Assembly (NCBI GenBank): GCA_963744145.1
Contig: CAVUSO010000001.1
Span: 6,144,001 to 6,208,000, forward strand
Source: an uncultured cyanobacterium
GTDB lineage: Bacteria > Cyanobacteriota > Cyanobacteriia > Cyanobacteriales > CAWUOF01
Direction of reading: 5' to 3'
DNA: 64,000 nt
Shown here: positions 42,576-52,430 of the stretch, one piece after another
Layout of the letters: every line of letters begins with the position of its first letter
Numbering within the stretch: the first letter of the stretch is position 1
Program-made: the position numbers and the translations under genes
The notes under the pieces: model-generated
The model's database searches: none
The model's input: only the letters and a program-made list of their open reading frames with translations
Told to the model about the DNA's origin: nothing

Positions 42576-42719
42576 GCGAAAGTTTACGCCGCGTGGGTGA
42601 ATCTGGTGTAGTGCTTTGGATAGAGTCGAGAAAGCTACTGACGAGAGCAAGTCTGTCAGGAGAGAGTCGATCGAGTTGGCTATTAATTTTTTGGCGAAGT
42701 TGAGACTGGTTCATTTTTA
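42575..42719 (-). pseudogene. Duplicated 5' half of the 40177-40434 antitoxin gene
   Basis: Near-identical to 40295-40439; joined out of frame to the xisI remnant. Confidence 0.85.
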
Positions 42720-42797
42720 AGCAACAGCCATAATTTCAGGATTATTTTCTAACCAAATCTCCCAAAATCTTCAAAGCTCCTTCATCTTTTTTCGGAG
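42714..42797 (-). pseudogene. Degenerate copy of the RAYT 3' end
   Basis: Aligns to about 44685-44770 (FWExWLExNPEIMAVA*). Confidence 0.75.
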
Positions 42798-42853
42798 GGC
42801 GATCGCCCTTACTTTTGCTAAAATAAAAACAGCGATCGCACTTCTTACCCAAC

Positions 42854-43357
42854 TTATGAAGTGATTAATTCTCCTACTAATTGTCGGAATTCTCCTGTTT
42901 GAGGATTCAATTTAAAACTGTCACCATCCATTAATCTTATCGTTAAATTATCCTCATTTATGATAATTTGTTCTGGCAAATCGGGGAAGCCATGATTAAA
43001 TCGTAAAGAACCATTGAGGTTAAATAATAATATTTCGTGTTCCGTCAAAACTGCCGTCACTTCTTGAACGATTTTAATCTGAATTAGGTTAGCTGTTAAA
43101 GGCATGGCAACACAAATGTGACCGCTTGACAGACAAAGGGCTGCTAATTGTCGATCGATACCTATCCAAAGCAGTTTTTTATCGGTTGAATATTCAATAG
43201 TTAAATCGACTAATTCACTACACCAGCTAAGTCCATAACATCCTAAAGTTTCTCCCAAGTCTAAGCAAGCAAATTTTCGGGCATATTCGTGAACAATAAT
43301 TTGCCGAATGGCTGGAATTTGGTTGAATTCTAATTGGCTGATGGAGTGTATTTGCAT
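42854..43357 (-). CDS. Hypothetical protein
   Basis: 167-aa ORF from the ATG at 43357 (MQIHSISQ…LWIGID…FPDLPE); no family recognised. Confidence 0.6.
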   Translation of the reverse strand: MQIHSISQLEFNQIPAIRQIIVHEYARKFACLDLGETLGCYGLSWCSELVDLTIEYSTDKKLLWIGIDRQLAALCLSSGHICVAMPLTANLIQIKIVQEVTAVLTEHEILLFNLNGSLRFNHGFPDLPEQIIINEDNLTIRLMDGDSFKLNPQTGEFRQLVGELITS

Positions 43358-43944
43358 AACTGTGATGGATCGTCTTGCATTAGTGGGGGTGGAGGTGACA
43401 CGACCGAAAAAGAAGTCGAATTTGCTAGATTTAATGGTAAATCCTATGCCTTGAATCAGTTCATCCATTTTGAAAAAGGGTTGTCACCTCTCAAAGAAGT
43501 CGAATTTGCTAGATTAATTGATGCCTAAAGCTGCGGCTAGGCTGTTGACAATTGTACCCTAACAGATGCGAGGTAATGCTGATTGTCCCGTAGGTGCTCC
43601 AGTTCTCCGTCGCATATTTGCCGATCGCAGTTAATTATTAGAGTAGTCGATTAGCGATCGCTCCACCCGATTTGGGTGTGGTGGTTTTTTTGGGGAGCGA
43701 TCGCCAAAATGTCTTTCACTACTTCCAGAACCATGTCTTATAAATGCGATCGCCCCAAATCCCCCCAATCACAAGACCATTCAACTAGAAGCGATCGCAC
43801 TACTCCCAGCACCAGGTCTTTTGAATGCGATCGCTCCAAATTCCCCCAGCACAAGGCCATTAAACTAGAAGCGATCGCTCTGGGCGACCTCATCAAACCA
43901 GTAGCGACCCACCGATCTGTCCCAGTATCAATTAAGCAAATAGC

Positions 43945-44075
43945 AAATATAAAGTTAACGTGAAGTGTAATTTACAGAGTTTTATATAGTATAGGGATTT
44001 TATCTTCGAGGAAATATAAAGTTTCTGTATCTTTAGAAAAACCTGTTGACAGGAATTTAATTATTTTTGTATTCT
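43945..44075 (+). promoter_or_regulatory. Promoter of precursor 1 (duplicated at 52431-52563)
   Basis: Two AAATATAAAGTT direct repeats; TTGACA (44046), 18-bp spacer, TATTCT (44070). Confidence 0.65.
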
Positions 44076-44111
44076 TTTTTTATATGACCCCTATATTAAA
44101 GGTATTCAACA

Positions 44112-44276
44112 ATGTCAATTATCAAAAACACCAAGAAGCGCGTCGTCAAAGAAGAGAATAAAAGTCTGAGTCTCATGCTGTCGGAGTCCGATTCGGAGTC
44201 CGATTTGCTGTTGCTGTCGGAGTCCGATTTGCGGGCCGTGGTCGGCGGGAAGCAATTCAATGCCCAACGGGTATAG
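44112..44276 (+). CDS. Double-glycine leader peptide precursor 1 (54 aa; predicted core KQFNAQRV)
   Basis: Hand translation MSIIKNTKKRVVKEENKSLSLMLSESDSESDLLLLSESDLRAVVGG|KQFNAQRV; not in the ORF track. Confidence 0.8.
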   Translation: MSIIKNTKKRVVKEENKSLSLMLSESDSESDLLLLSESDLRAVVGGKQFNAQRV

Positions 44277-44687
44277 TGGTAGGCATTAACAAGCAGAACC
44301 CCAAAAAAAATCAAACCAACCCATATTTAATATTCACTTCAAAAAAAGCAACAGAAGAAAGCTTCTTAAAATCCTAACCCATTAGATGAGTAGCGATCGC
44401 GCCAGATTGCGCGAGAAATAGATTAGGTACGCAAATCCTTTGTTTTAGGATTTCATTACCTGCCAAGGGGGGTATTCCCACGGGAGAACCGGGCCAAAGA
44501 TGCCTGTTTCTCCCTAGATTTTTTTAACAAATCAACAAAAATGTCATCTAAAATACAGAAATTCGGCAAAAAATCGTTCCAAGAGACAAGAATCCCTAGA
44601 AAAACGCAAAAATCGCTAAAAATAGGAATAATGATTTAAAAAAACCATCATAAATTTAGGACTAAAACAATTAGCCAAAATAAATTT

Positions 44688-45446
44688 TTAAGCAACAGCC
44701 ATAATTTCGGGATTAGTTTCTAACCAAAGTTCCCAAAATCTTTGTGCTTCATCATCTTTTTTCTTCGGTGTTTTTTTGAGAGAGTTTTGGTTTTCTTTTC
44801 CGGGTTTCCTTTCCCGACTTTTTGAAGGAGTTTTAGTTAATTTTGGCAATAAACTATTTCCCCAAAAAAACCTTTTTGGAGATTTGGATTTCGGTTGATA
44901 TTGATGACAAAAACCCTGATATTTCCTCGCACAATCATCCAAAGTTTCACCCAAAGTCAAAAAAGCCGGATGCCAAGTGGTTAACCCATCATCCCCTAAT
45001 CTTTCATAAACACCATAATTAGAAAAATCATAGAAAAAATCCTGTTGCATTCCCGCAGCTTTGGGATTAGCGTGGATGTACCTCAAAGTATTTAAAGCGC
45101 GTTTTCGATCAGCATTAGAAAAACTGGTAGCATTATATCTTTTTTCCCAGAAGCTTGTGGTGAGCGAAGTCGAACCATGCCCAGTCCGGTTAAGCATTCG
45201 GTTAAAACACATAGCAGAATACCAATTAATTAAGTGCATAATTTTCGGTAAATCTTCAGCTTTTTGTGGTTCAATTAAATAATGAATGTGATTAGACATA
45301 ATACATAAACCATAAAGTTTGAAATCATATTTCTCTATGGTTTTTTTGAGAATATAAAGAAAGACTTGGCGACATTCTAGACGCATTAAGCGAAATTCAC
45401 GATTATTGCATCGAGTAGTAATATGATAAGAAAAGTGATGAGACAT
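44688..45446 (-). mobile_element. REP-associated-type HUH (Y1) tyrosine transposase (RAYT-like)
   Basis: YHITTRCNNR, HUH motif MSNHIH, GH…FWEKRY and catalytic RYIHANP; contains an 8-aa insertion. Confidence 0.85.
45153..45176 (-). repeat. 24-nt small dispersed repeat inserted in frame in the RAYT gene
   Basis: GGTTCGACTTCGCTCACCACAAGC (GSTSLTTS) interrupts the conserved GH-FW motif. Confidence 0.75.
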
Positions 45447-45603
45447 AAATAATGGTCTTTCTCGCTGGTTGCTTATGTGGAAAAGCTTTATCGTTAAGTA
45501 TACCGTTTATGGTAGACAGCGAGCGATCGCCGACTTCGTGGGAGTTGGAGATTGTCATCAATAAATATGGACCTTGGCAGGCTTTTTATTCCTTAGAATT
45601 ATT

Positions 45604-47232
45604 ATGGTAAACGCTCAAGATAACAAAAACAAAGAGAGGATTTTCCGGGCTGAATCTTTAGAACGCTTATCCTCACCAGAACGTCTTGACCAACTGATGC
45701 AGGTACTAGCACCCTTAGATTGGCTGATCTTGGTAGTTTTTAGTGGTTTGGGAATTTTAGGTGTCGGTTGGAGTATTCTTGGTCGCATTCCAATTACGGT
45801 CGAAGGTAAGGGGATATTTATGCAACCTCGACAAGTTGTTGAGCTTCAGTCGGCGATTAGTGGACAGTTAAAGTCTTTAAATGTCAGTAATGGTAAGTGT
45901 TTTAAAAAAGATGAAGTATTGGCTACTGTCGAGCCGCTCGAACTCCAAAATCAGTTAAAATTGTCGCAAGAAAAACTAGCTCAGTTACAGAAACAAGATT
46001 TAGAAGCAACGCTAATATTAAGCCAAAGGATGACCTTAGAAAAAACTACGATCGCGGCTAGTCAAATTAGCTTACAAAAACGGTTACAAGATGCTCAAAA
46101 TTTAACCCCGATTCTCAAGGAAAAAAGTACCGATGCGATCGGGAAACAAAAATTAAGTTTACAGCAACGATTACAGGATACAAAAGCCTTTACTCCAGCA
46201 CTGAAAGAAAAGGGATTAACAGCGATCGCTCAACAGCGAATTAGTCTGCAACAAAGATTAAAAGATGCGGAAAAGATTGCCGTTGTGCTGCAACAAAAAT
46301 TTCAGCGACATAGCGAACTTGCTAAAAGTGGAGGTATATCAATAGACTCAGTATTACAGGTAGAACAAGAATATCAAGAAGGAGTTCAGAAAATAGCCGA
46401 TCTCCAAGCTCAATTAAAACAACTGGATCTCACGGAAACTCAAACTGAGCAAACCTACCAAGATAGTGTTAATAAAATTGGCGAAATGCAAGCCCAGTTA
46501 CAAGATTTGGAAGTGCAAAGTGTAAAAACTGAGCGGGAATATTTAGATAATCTGCGCTCAATTAGTGATACTGAATCTCAGTTGCAAGAACTAGATACTA
46601 AAAATAAACGACTAGATCAAGAAACTCTAGAAACGTCAACTCAACGGAAAAAAGAACTCCAAGAAGTTCAGCGAGAAATTAGTAAGATTCAGGAACAAAT
46701 AACTAACAACAGTAGGATTTTAAGCTCTCAAGATGGCTGTATTTTAGAATTAACTGCTACTTTGGGGCAAGTGGTGCAACCTAGCAGTAAATTGGGTAGT
46801 ATCCGGGTAGGAAATGAGGAAAATCTCGGGCAAGCAATGGCTTATTTTCAGATTAAAGATGGTAAGCAAATCAAACCGAAGATGTTGATTCATGTAACAC
46901 CAGATACCTTACAAAGAGAGCGTTTTGGTGGTATTGTGGGTGAAGTGACTGCGGTTTCTGCTCTCCCCGTAACTCCCGAAGGAACCGTAGCTATGATCGG
47001 CAATTCCCAAATTGTCAAAAATCTAATTGGGGAGGGAGGAACAGCGATCGAAATTACTGCCAAATTGACGACAGACCCCCACAATCCTAGCGGTTATAAG
47101 TGGTCTTCCTCTCAAGGTCCAGACTCGCCGATTACATCAGGAACTACAGCAACAGTAAGGGTCACAATTGAAGAAAGAGCGCCAATTACTTTTGTTTTAC
47201 CTTTCTTACGGGAATTAGTTGGTACTAAATAA
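45604..47232 (+). CDS. NHLM bacteriocin system secretion protein (HlyD family)
   Basis: IFRAESLERLSSPERLDQLMQV, long coiled coil, SGYKWSSSQGP and ERAPITFVLP; ATG at 45604 preferred. Confidence 0.92.
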   Translation: MVNAQDNKNKERIFRAESLERLSSPERLDQLMQVLAPLDWLILVVFSGLGILGVGWSILGRIPITVEGKGIFMQPRQVVELQSAISGQLKSLNVSNGKCFKKDEVLATVEPLELQNQLKLSQEKLAQLQKQDLEATLILSQRMTLEKTTIAASQISLQKRLQDAQNLTPILKEKSTDAIGKQKLSLQQRLQDTKAFTPALKEKGLTAIAQQRISLQQRLKDAEKIAVVLQQKFQRHSELAKSGGISIDSVLQVEQEYQEGVQKIADLQAQLKQLDLTETQTEQTYQDSVNKIGEMQAQLQDLEVQSVKTEREYLDNLRSISDTESQLQELDTKNKRLDQETLETSTQRKKELQEVQREISKIQEQITNNSRILSSQDGCILELTATLGQVVQPSSKLGSIRVGNEENLGQAMAYFQIKDGKQIKPKMLIHVTPDTLQRERFGGIVGEVTAVSALPVTPEGTVAMIGNSQIVKNLIGEGGTAIEITAKLTTDPHNPSGYKWSSSQGPDSPITSGTTATVRVTIEERAPITFVLPFLRELVGTK

Positions 47233-47240
47233 CTAAAAAA

Positions 47241-49472
47241 ATGCGATCGATGATGCAATGGTTCAAAAACTTCATCAACTCCAGAGAAAAACCTGAATAC
47301 GCCAACATTCGCGTTAAAACTCCTACTCTATTGCAGATGGAAGCAACTGAATGTGGTGCGGTGGCTTTAGGAATTATATTGAGCTATTACCGACGAATTG
47401 TTTCCTTACCAGAACTGCGAATTGGTTGCGGTGTTTCCCGTGATGGTGCTAACGCTTGGAACCTACTCAAAGCTGCTAAAAGCTATGGGATGATTGCCGA
47501 TGGGTTTAAGAGCGAAATCGATACCCTGCAAAAGATTGAGCCGCCTTATATTGTGTTTTGGAACTTCAATCATTTTCTAGTTGTAGAAGGTTTTGTGGGG
47601 CATCGGGTCTATCTCAATGACCCAGCAACTGGCCCCCGGCGCGTGACCATCCAGGAGTTTGATGAAGGTTTTACAGGTGTGGTTTTGATCATGGAACCCG
47701 GACCTGACTTTGCCGAATGTGGACAAAATCCCAGTATAATTGGTGCTTTATATTCACGTCTGAAAAATTCTTGGTCGGAACTATTATTTTGTATTATTAT
47801 CGGTTTTTTATTGGTAATCCCTAGTTTAGCACTGGCTGCAATGAGCCAGGTATTTGTTGATAATGTGCTGATTCAAAAGCACTACGAATGGCTAAAACCT
47901 CTTTTGCTAGGAATGGGTGGACTCTTATTTTTGCAAGCATTAATGACTTTGCTACGATTGCGAAAACTGAGATATTTGAATTTGCGCTTATCGATCAGCA
48001 TGACAGGGCAGTTTTTGTGGCATATATTGCATTTACCTGTAGAGTTCTACGCCCAACGTTTTGCAGGTGAAATTAGTAACCGAATTGGAATTAATAGTAA
48101 AGTAGCAGGGGTACTGTCGGGACAGTTGGCAAGAACTGTGATTGACGGGGTGATGATCTTTTTCTACGGCGCTGCGATGTTTGCTTATGATTGGGTGCTG
48201 ACCCTAATGGGAATAGTTGGGGTGGCGGTGGATATTATTTTTGTCCGGTTGATGTCTCGCCACTGGACTGATTTGAGTATGAGAATATCCCAGGATGGTG
48301 GGAAGTTAGCCGGGGTTGAAATTGCAGCTTTGCAAAGTATCGAAACAATTAAAGCAGGAGCTTTGGAGTCAGATTATTTTGCTCGTTGGGCCGGATATTA
48401 TGCGAAGCTAACCACAGCCCAACAGGAAATGAGCCAAAATCAACAATGGGTATCTCTGTTACCGTCTCTGGTGTCTTCTTTGATTTCAATGTCGGTGTTG
48501 GTGATGGGAGGGATACGGGTGATTGATGGACACCTGACCATTGGGATGTTAATTGCTTTTCAGGGGTTGATGGGGCGGTTTCAAGATCCTGTAAATACTT
48601 TAGTGAGCTTGGGAACGACAATTCAGACGTTGGATGGGGATATGAAACGCTTAGATGATGTATTGCGCCATCCCCTAGACCCTAGCTCTAATCAAGCCAC
48701 TCCTACTTGGTCTGCTGATCGCTATCGCTTGCAAGGATATGTAGAACTTCGTAATATTACTTTTGGCTATAGTCATGTGAATCCGCCACTAATTGAAAAT
48801 TTCAGTTGTAGACTGGAACCAGGGCAACGGGTGGCTTTTGTCGGTAGTAGTGGTTCGGGCAAATCTACACTATCGAAACTGATTACAGGATTGTATACAT
48901 CTTGGGAGGGGGAGATTTTATTTGATGGTTTATCCCGACAGAAAATTCCTCGTTCGGTAATGGCAAATTCTCTGGCACTGGTGGAACAGGAAATTTTTCT
49001 GTTTGAGGGAACAATTAGGGAAAATTTGACTCTTTGGGATGAAACAATTCCTGATCAGCAGTTAATTAGAGCTTGTCAAGATGCAGAAATTTTAGATGTA
49101 GTTATGGCAATTCCTGGTGGATTGGATGGAAAATTACTCGAAGCTGGAGCCAATTTGAGTGGAGGACAGCGCCAAAGGTTAGAAATTGCTCGCGCTTTAG
49201 TTCATAATCCGGCAATTTTGGTAATGGATGAGGCTACTTCGGCTTTGGATGCTCAAACAGAAAAGCGGATTGATCGAAATTTACGACGACGGGGTTGTAC
49301 TTGCATTATTGTTGCCCATCGTCTGAGTACAATTCGCGATTGTGATGAAATTATTGTGTTGGAACGAGGTAAAGTGGTGCAACGCGGCACCCATGAGTCA
49401 ATGAAGAGAGAAGATGGTGTTTATGCGCGATTAATTGGGATGGGTTTGCATAGCGATATGGAACTAAACTGA
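47241..49472 (+). CDS. NHLM ABC transporter with C39 peptidase domain
   Basis: LQMEATECGA (Cys), WNFNHF (His), NDPA (Asp); GSSGSGKS and LSGGQRQR. Confidence 0.95.
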   Translation: MRSMMQWFKNFINSREKPEYANIRVKTPTLLQMEATECGAVALGIILSYYRRIVSLPELRIGCGVSRDGANAWNLLKAAKSYGMIADGFKSEIDTLQKIEPPYIVFWNFNHFLVVEGFVGHRVYLNDPATGPRRVTIQEFDEGFTGVVLIMEPGPDFAECGQNPSIIGALYSRLKNSWSELLFCIIIGFLLVIPSLALAAMSQVFVDNVLIQKHYEWLKPLLLGMGGLLFLQALMTLLRLRKLRYLNLRLSISMTGQFLWHILHLPVEFYAQRFAGEISNRIGINSKVAGVLSGQLARTVIDGVMIFFYGAAMFAYDWVLTLMGIVGVAVDIIFVRLMSRHWTDLSMRISQDGGKLAGVEIAALQSIETIKAGALESDYFARWAGYYAKLTTAQQEMSQNQQWVSLLPSLVSSLISMSVLVMGGIRVIDGHLTIGMLIAFQGLMGRFQDPVNTLVSLGTTIQTLDGDMKRLDDVLRHPLDPSSNQATPTWSADRYRLQGYVELRNITFGYSHVNPPLIENFSCRLEPGQRVAFVGSSGSGKSTLSKLITGLYTSWEGEILFDGLSRQKIPRSVMANSLALVEQEIFLFEGTIRENLTLWDETIPDQQLIRACQDAEILDVVMAIPGGLDGKLLEAGANLSGGQRQRLEIARALVHNPAILVMDEATSALDAQTEKRIDRNLRRRGCTCIIVAHRLSTIRDCDEIIVLERGKVVQRGTHESMKREDGVYARLIGMGLHSDMELN

Positions 49473-49477
49473 ATTAG

Positions 49478-52198
49478 ATGTCAAACGGTCGAAATTTTAA
49501 TGGGTCTGAATTGGTAATAAATAGCAATAGCCCTTTCCCTCTCAACATACAGGATCGGGTTTTTTGCGTAAAATCTGGATTGATCGCAGTATTTGCGATC
49601 GCTACTACCAACAACATACCGCAAGGAGCAAGGCGCTATCTATTCGATGTGAGTCCAGGGGAGATTTTATTGGGAATAGCACCAATTTGGGAGGGCCGCT
49701 CCTACCAATTGATCGCTATAGCTTATGAAGAAACGCAATTAGTTTCGATTTCGCTGATCGATTGGATTAAGCAGACACCAGTAAGACCACATTTACAACA
49801 ATGGAGCGATCGCCTAGTGGGGGTTTTCCGAGAGGCATCTATTGATTTTAATGGTATTAAATCAGCACAGCTAGATGATCTGGAATCTCAGGGGGATACT
49901 GCTGAGGAGACATGGCATAAACTCCTAGACAACCTTCACTCTAACTTTTTATTTAGCTTAAACCAACTCGAACTAGAGGAAGCATCAATACAAGCCGAAC
50001 TATTTCGATCGCGTCTAAAACTCAAGGATACTGCAAAGGAAAAAGCATTAGGGAATCTTACTGCTGTTTTTCGATCCAAAAAAATCAAATCACCCCAAGC
50101 AGAAGAAACGACATTGTTAATGGCAGCGGGGGCTGTAGGACGGGCGATGGGGATAGAGATTCGTCCACCTGCAAAATCAGAAAATCTTCAGCGAGTTAGT
50201 GATCCACTATTGGCGATCGCCCGTGCTTCACGAATTCGCACCCGTCAGATCATTTTAAGCGGAAATTGGTGGCAGTTCGATTGTGGTCCAATCTTGGCTT
50301 ATTATCAAAGATCAGAAAATGAAAATGAAACTCCTGTTGCACTCCTACCAGCAGGTAGAAACCATTATGAAATTTTCGATCCTGAAACTCAGCGTCGTAT
50401 TCCCCTAAATCAGAAAACAGCTAAACATATCTCAATTGTAGCCTTTGTTTTCTATCGTTCTTTTCCTGAAAAAGTTCTGAAAGCAATTGATATCCTCAAA
50501 TTTGCCACCCAAGGTACTCTTCAAGAAGCAGCAATAATTTTGGGTTTGGGAGCTGTGGTTTCCTTGTTGGGAATGCTGACACCCCAAGTAACAGGTATTT
50601 TAATCGATCATGCTATTCCTAGTGGCGATCGCGGTTTAATTTGGCAATTAGCACTGGGTTTATTAGCAGTTAGTTTTGGCACTATATTGTTAGATTTAGT
50701 CGAGGGCGTCGCGACGATTCGTTTACAAACATTAGCCGAAATTCAGACAGAAGCTGCTACTTGGGATCGACTCCTGAAATTACCTCCCAATTTCTTTCGT
50801 CAGTTTTCCCTCGGCGATCTGCAAATGCGGCTTTCTGGAATTACCTATCTCCACCAAATCCTTAGCAGCACTTTAATAGGAACTATTTTTCACAGTTTTT
50901 TTGCACTGTTAAATTTAGGGTTGCTGCTTTTTTATAATTTTCAATTAGCTTTAGTAGCGATCGCGATCGCCCTGCTGAATACATTAGTAACAATAGCTTC
51001 CTATTTTATCTCCCGTCAAAGTATAGCTGAAAACAAACAATTAAGCGGAGAAATCTTTGGACTGATGGTGCAATTAATCGCCGGGATATCAAAACTACGG
51101 GTAGCGGATGCAGAGGAGAGGGCTTTTGCCCATTGGTCGAAAAAATTTGGTCAGCAACAAGAAATGATGGTAAACATGGCTGCTGTCCAAGATTGGGTGA
51201 CGCTATTTAATACGATTTTGCCAACGATTAGCTCGATTTTAGTTTACGGGTTGGGCGTAGTGCTGATTACCGAAGCCCAGACTCACGGACAGACCGGGTT
51301 TTCAACAGGAACATTTTTGGCATTTAATGCAGCATTCGGCACTTTTGTAGGTGGTGTAACTGGTTTGAGTAATGCCTTTGTGAATACAATGCAAGTCTCA
51401 ATTATCTGGAAGCGGATTCAGCCGATTTTGGTGGAAAAAACGGAGGTTGATCAGAATAAAAATGATCCGGGAAGACTAACAGGTGAGGTTAAGATTGATC
51501 ATGTTAGTTTCCGCTATGGGAAAGATAGCCCATTAATCTTAAATCAGGTGACAATAGAGGCTAAACCGGGTGAATTTATCGCTTTAGTTGGTCCTTCCGG
51601 TAGTGGTAAGTCAACCATTGTCAGATTACTATTAGGGTTCGAGCAACCTGAACAGGGAAAGGTTTATTATGATCGTCAGGACTTGACTAACTTAGATATT
51701 TTAGCAGTACGACGACAGTTGGGAGTGATGTTACAGGATGGCAAGATTAATAGCGCTTCGATTTTTGAGAATATTTCTGGTGGTGCTTTAGTAACAATGG
51801 ATGAGGCTTGGGAAGCCGCCAGAATGGCTGGTTTTGCCTCGGATATTCAGGAATTCCCGATGGGGATGTATACAGTAATTTCGGAAGGGGGGACGAATAT
51901 TTCAGGGGGACAGCGCCAACGGTTATTAATAGCGCGATCGCTTGTGTTAAAGCCAAAGATTTTGATTTTTGACGAAGCGACGAGTGCTTTAGATAATCAA
52001 ACACAGACGATTATCAGTGAAAGTTTGAATAGTTTGCAAGTAACTCGGATTATTATTGCTCACCGTTTGAGTACAATTCGTTATGCTGATCGAATTTATG
52101 TAATTGTCGCAGGGAAAGTTGTACAGCAGGGCAATTTTGAGGAATTGATGGCACAATCAGGAATGTTTGCTGATTTAATGGCGCGACAATTGGTTTAG
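49478..52198 (+). CDS. NHLM ABC transporter permease/ATP-binding subunit (no peptidase domain)
   Basis: WWQFDCGP, AEERAFAHW, GPSGSGKS, ISGGQRQR and DEATSALD motifs. Confidence 0.93.
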   Translation: MSNGRNFNGSELVINSNSPFPLNIQDRVFCVKSGLIAVFAIATTNNIPQGARRYLFDVSPGEILLGIAPIWEGRSYQLIAIAYEETQLVSISLIDWIKQTPVRPHLQQWSDRLVGVFREASIDFNGIKSAQLDDLESQGDTAEETWHKLLDNLHSNFLFSLNQLELEEASIQAELFRSRLKLKDTAKEKALGNLTAVFRSKKIKSPQAEETTLLMAAGAVGRAMGIEIRPPAKSENLQRVSDPLLAIARASRIRTRQIILSGNWWQFDCGPILAYYQRSENENETPVALLPAGRNHYEIFDPETQRRIPLNQKTAKHISIVAFVFYRSFPEKVLKAIDILKFATQGTLQEAAIILGLGAVVSLLGMLTPQVTGILIDHAIPSGDRGLIWQLALGLLAVSFGTILLDLVEGVATIRLQTLAEIQTEAATWDRLLKLPPNFFRQFSLGDLQMRLSGITYLHQILSSTLIGTIFHSFFALLNLGLLLFYNFQLALVAIAIALLNTLVTIASYFISRQSIAENKQLSGEIFGLMVQLIAGISKLRVADAEERAFAHWSKKFGQQQEMMVNMAAVQDWVTLFNTILPTISSILVYGLGVVLITEAQTHGQTGFSTGTFLAFNAAFGTFVGGVTGLSNAFVNTMQVSIIWKRIQPILVEKTEVDQNKNDPGRLTGEVKIDHVSFRYGKDSPLILNQVTIEAKPGEFIALVGPSGSGKSTIVRLLLGFEQPEQGKVYYDRQDLTNLDILAVRRQLGVMLQDGKINSASIFENISGGALVTMDEAWEAARMAGFASDIQEFPMGMYTVISEGGTNISGGQRQRLLIARSLVLKPKILIFDEATSALDNQTQTIISESLNSLQVTRIIIAHRLSTIRYADRIYVIVAGKVVQQGNFEELMAQSGMFADLMARQLV

Positions 52199-52382
52199 TT
52201 TTCAAAATCTCAGCTTTGGAAATATATATCTGAGTTAGCGATCGCTCTCACCCCCACAATTTGTCTCAGTAGCGACCTATCTATCTGCTCCAGTATCGAT
52301 TTAGTAGCAACCGAAACAGAATTTATTAGTTTCTTTTATTACTTGTAAGCTATTAATTGATTTATCGCTAATAGAATAATAT

Positions 52383-52398
52383 TGTGATTCATATCACG
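52383..52398. promoter_or_regulatory. Candidate CRP-family binding site
   Basis: TGTGA-TTCATA-TCACG; one mismatch to TGTGA-N6-TCACA. Confidence 0.45.
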
Positions 52399-52430
52399 GT
52401 TATAATCAATACGCATCACAATACTAATAT

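Noticed and set aside
44096..44314. 72-aa minus-strand ORF with SDSDS repeats
   Set aside because: It is antisense to precursor 1, which has promoter, paralog and GG-leader support.
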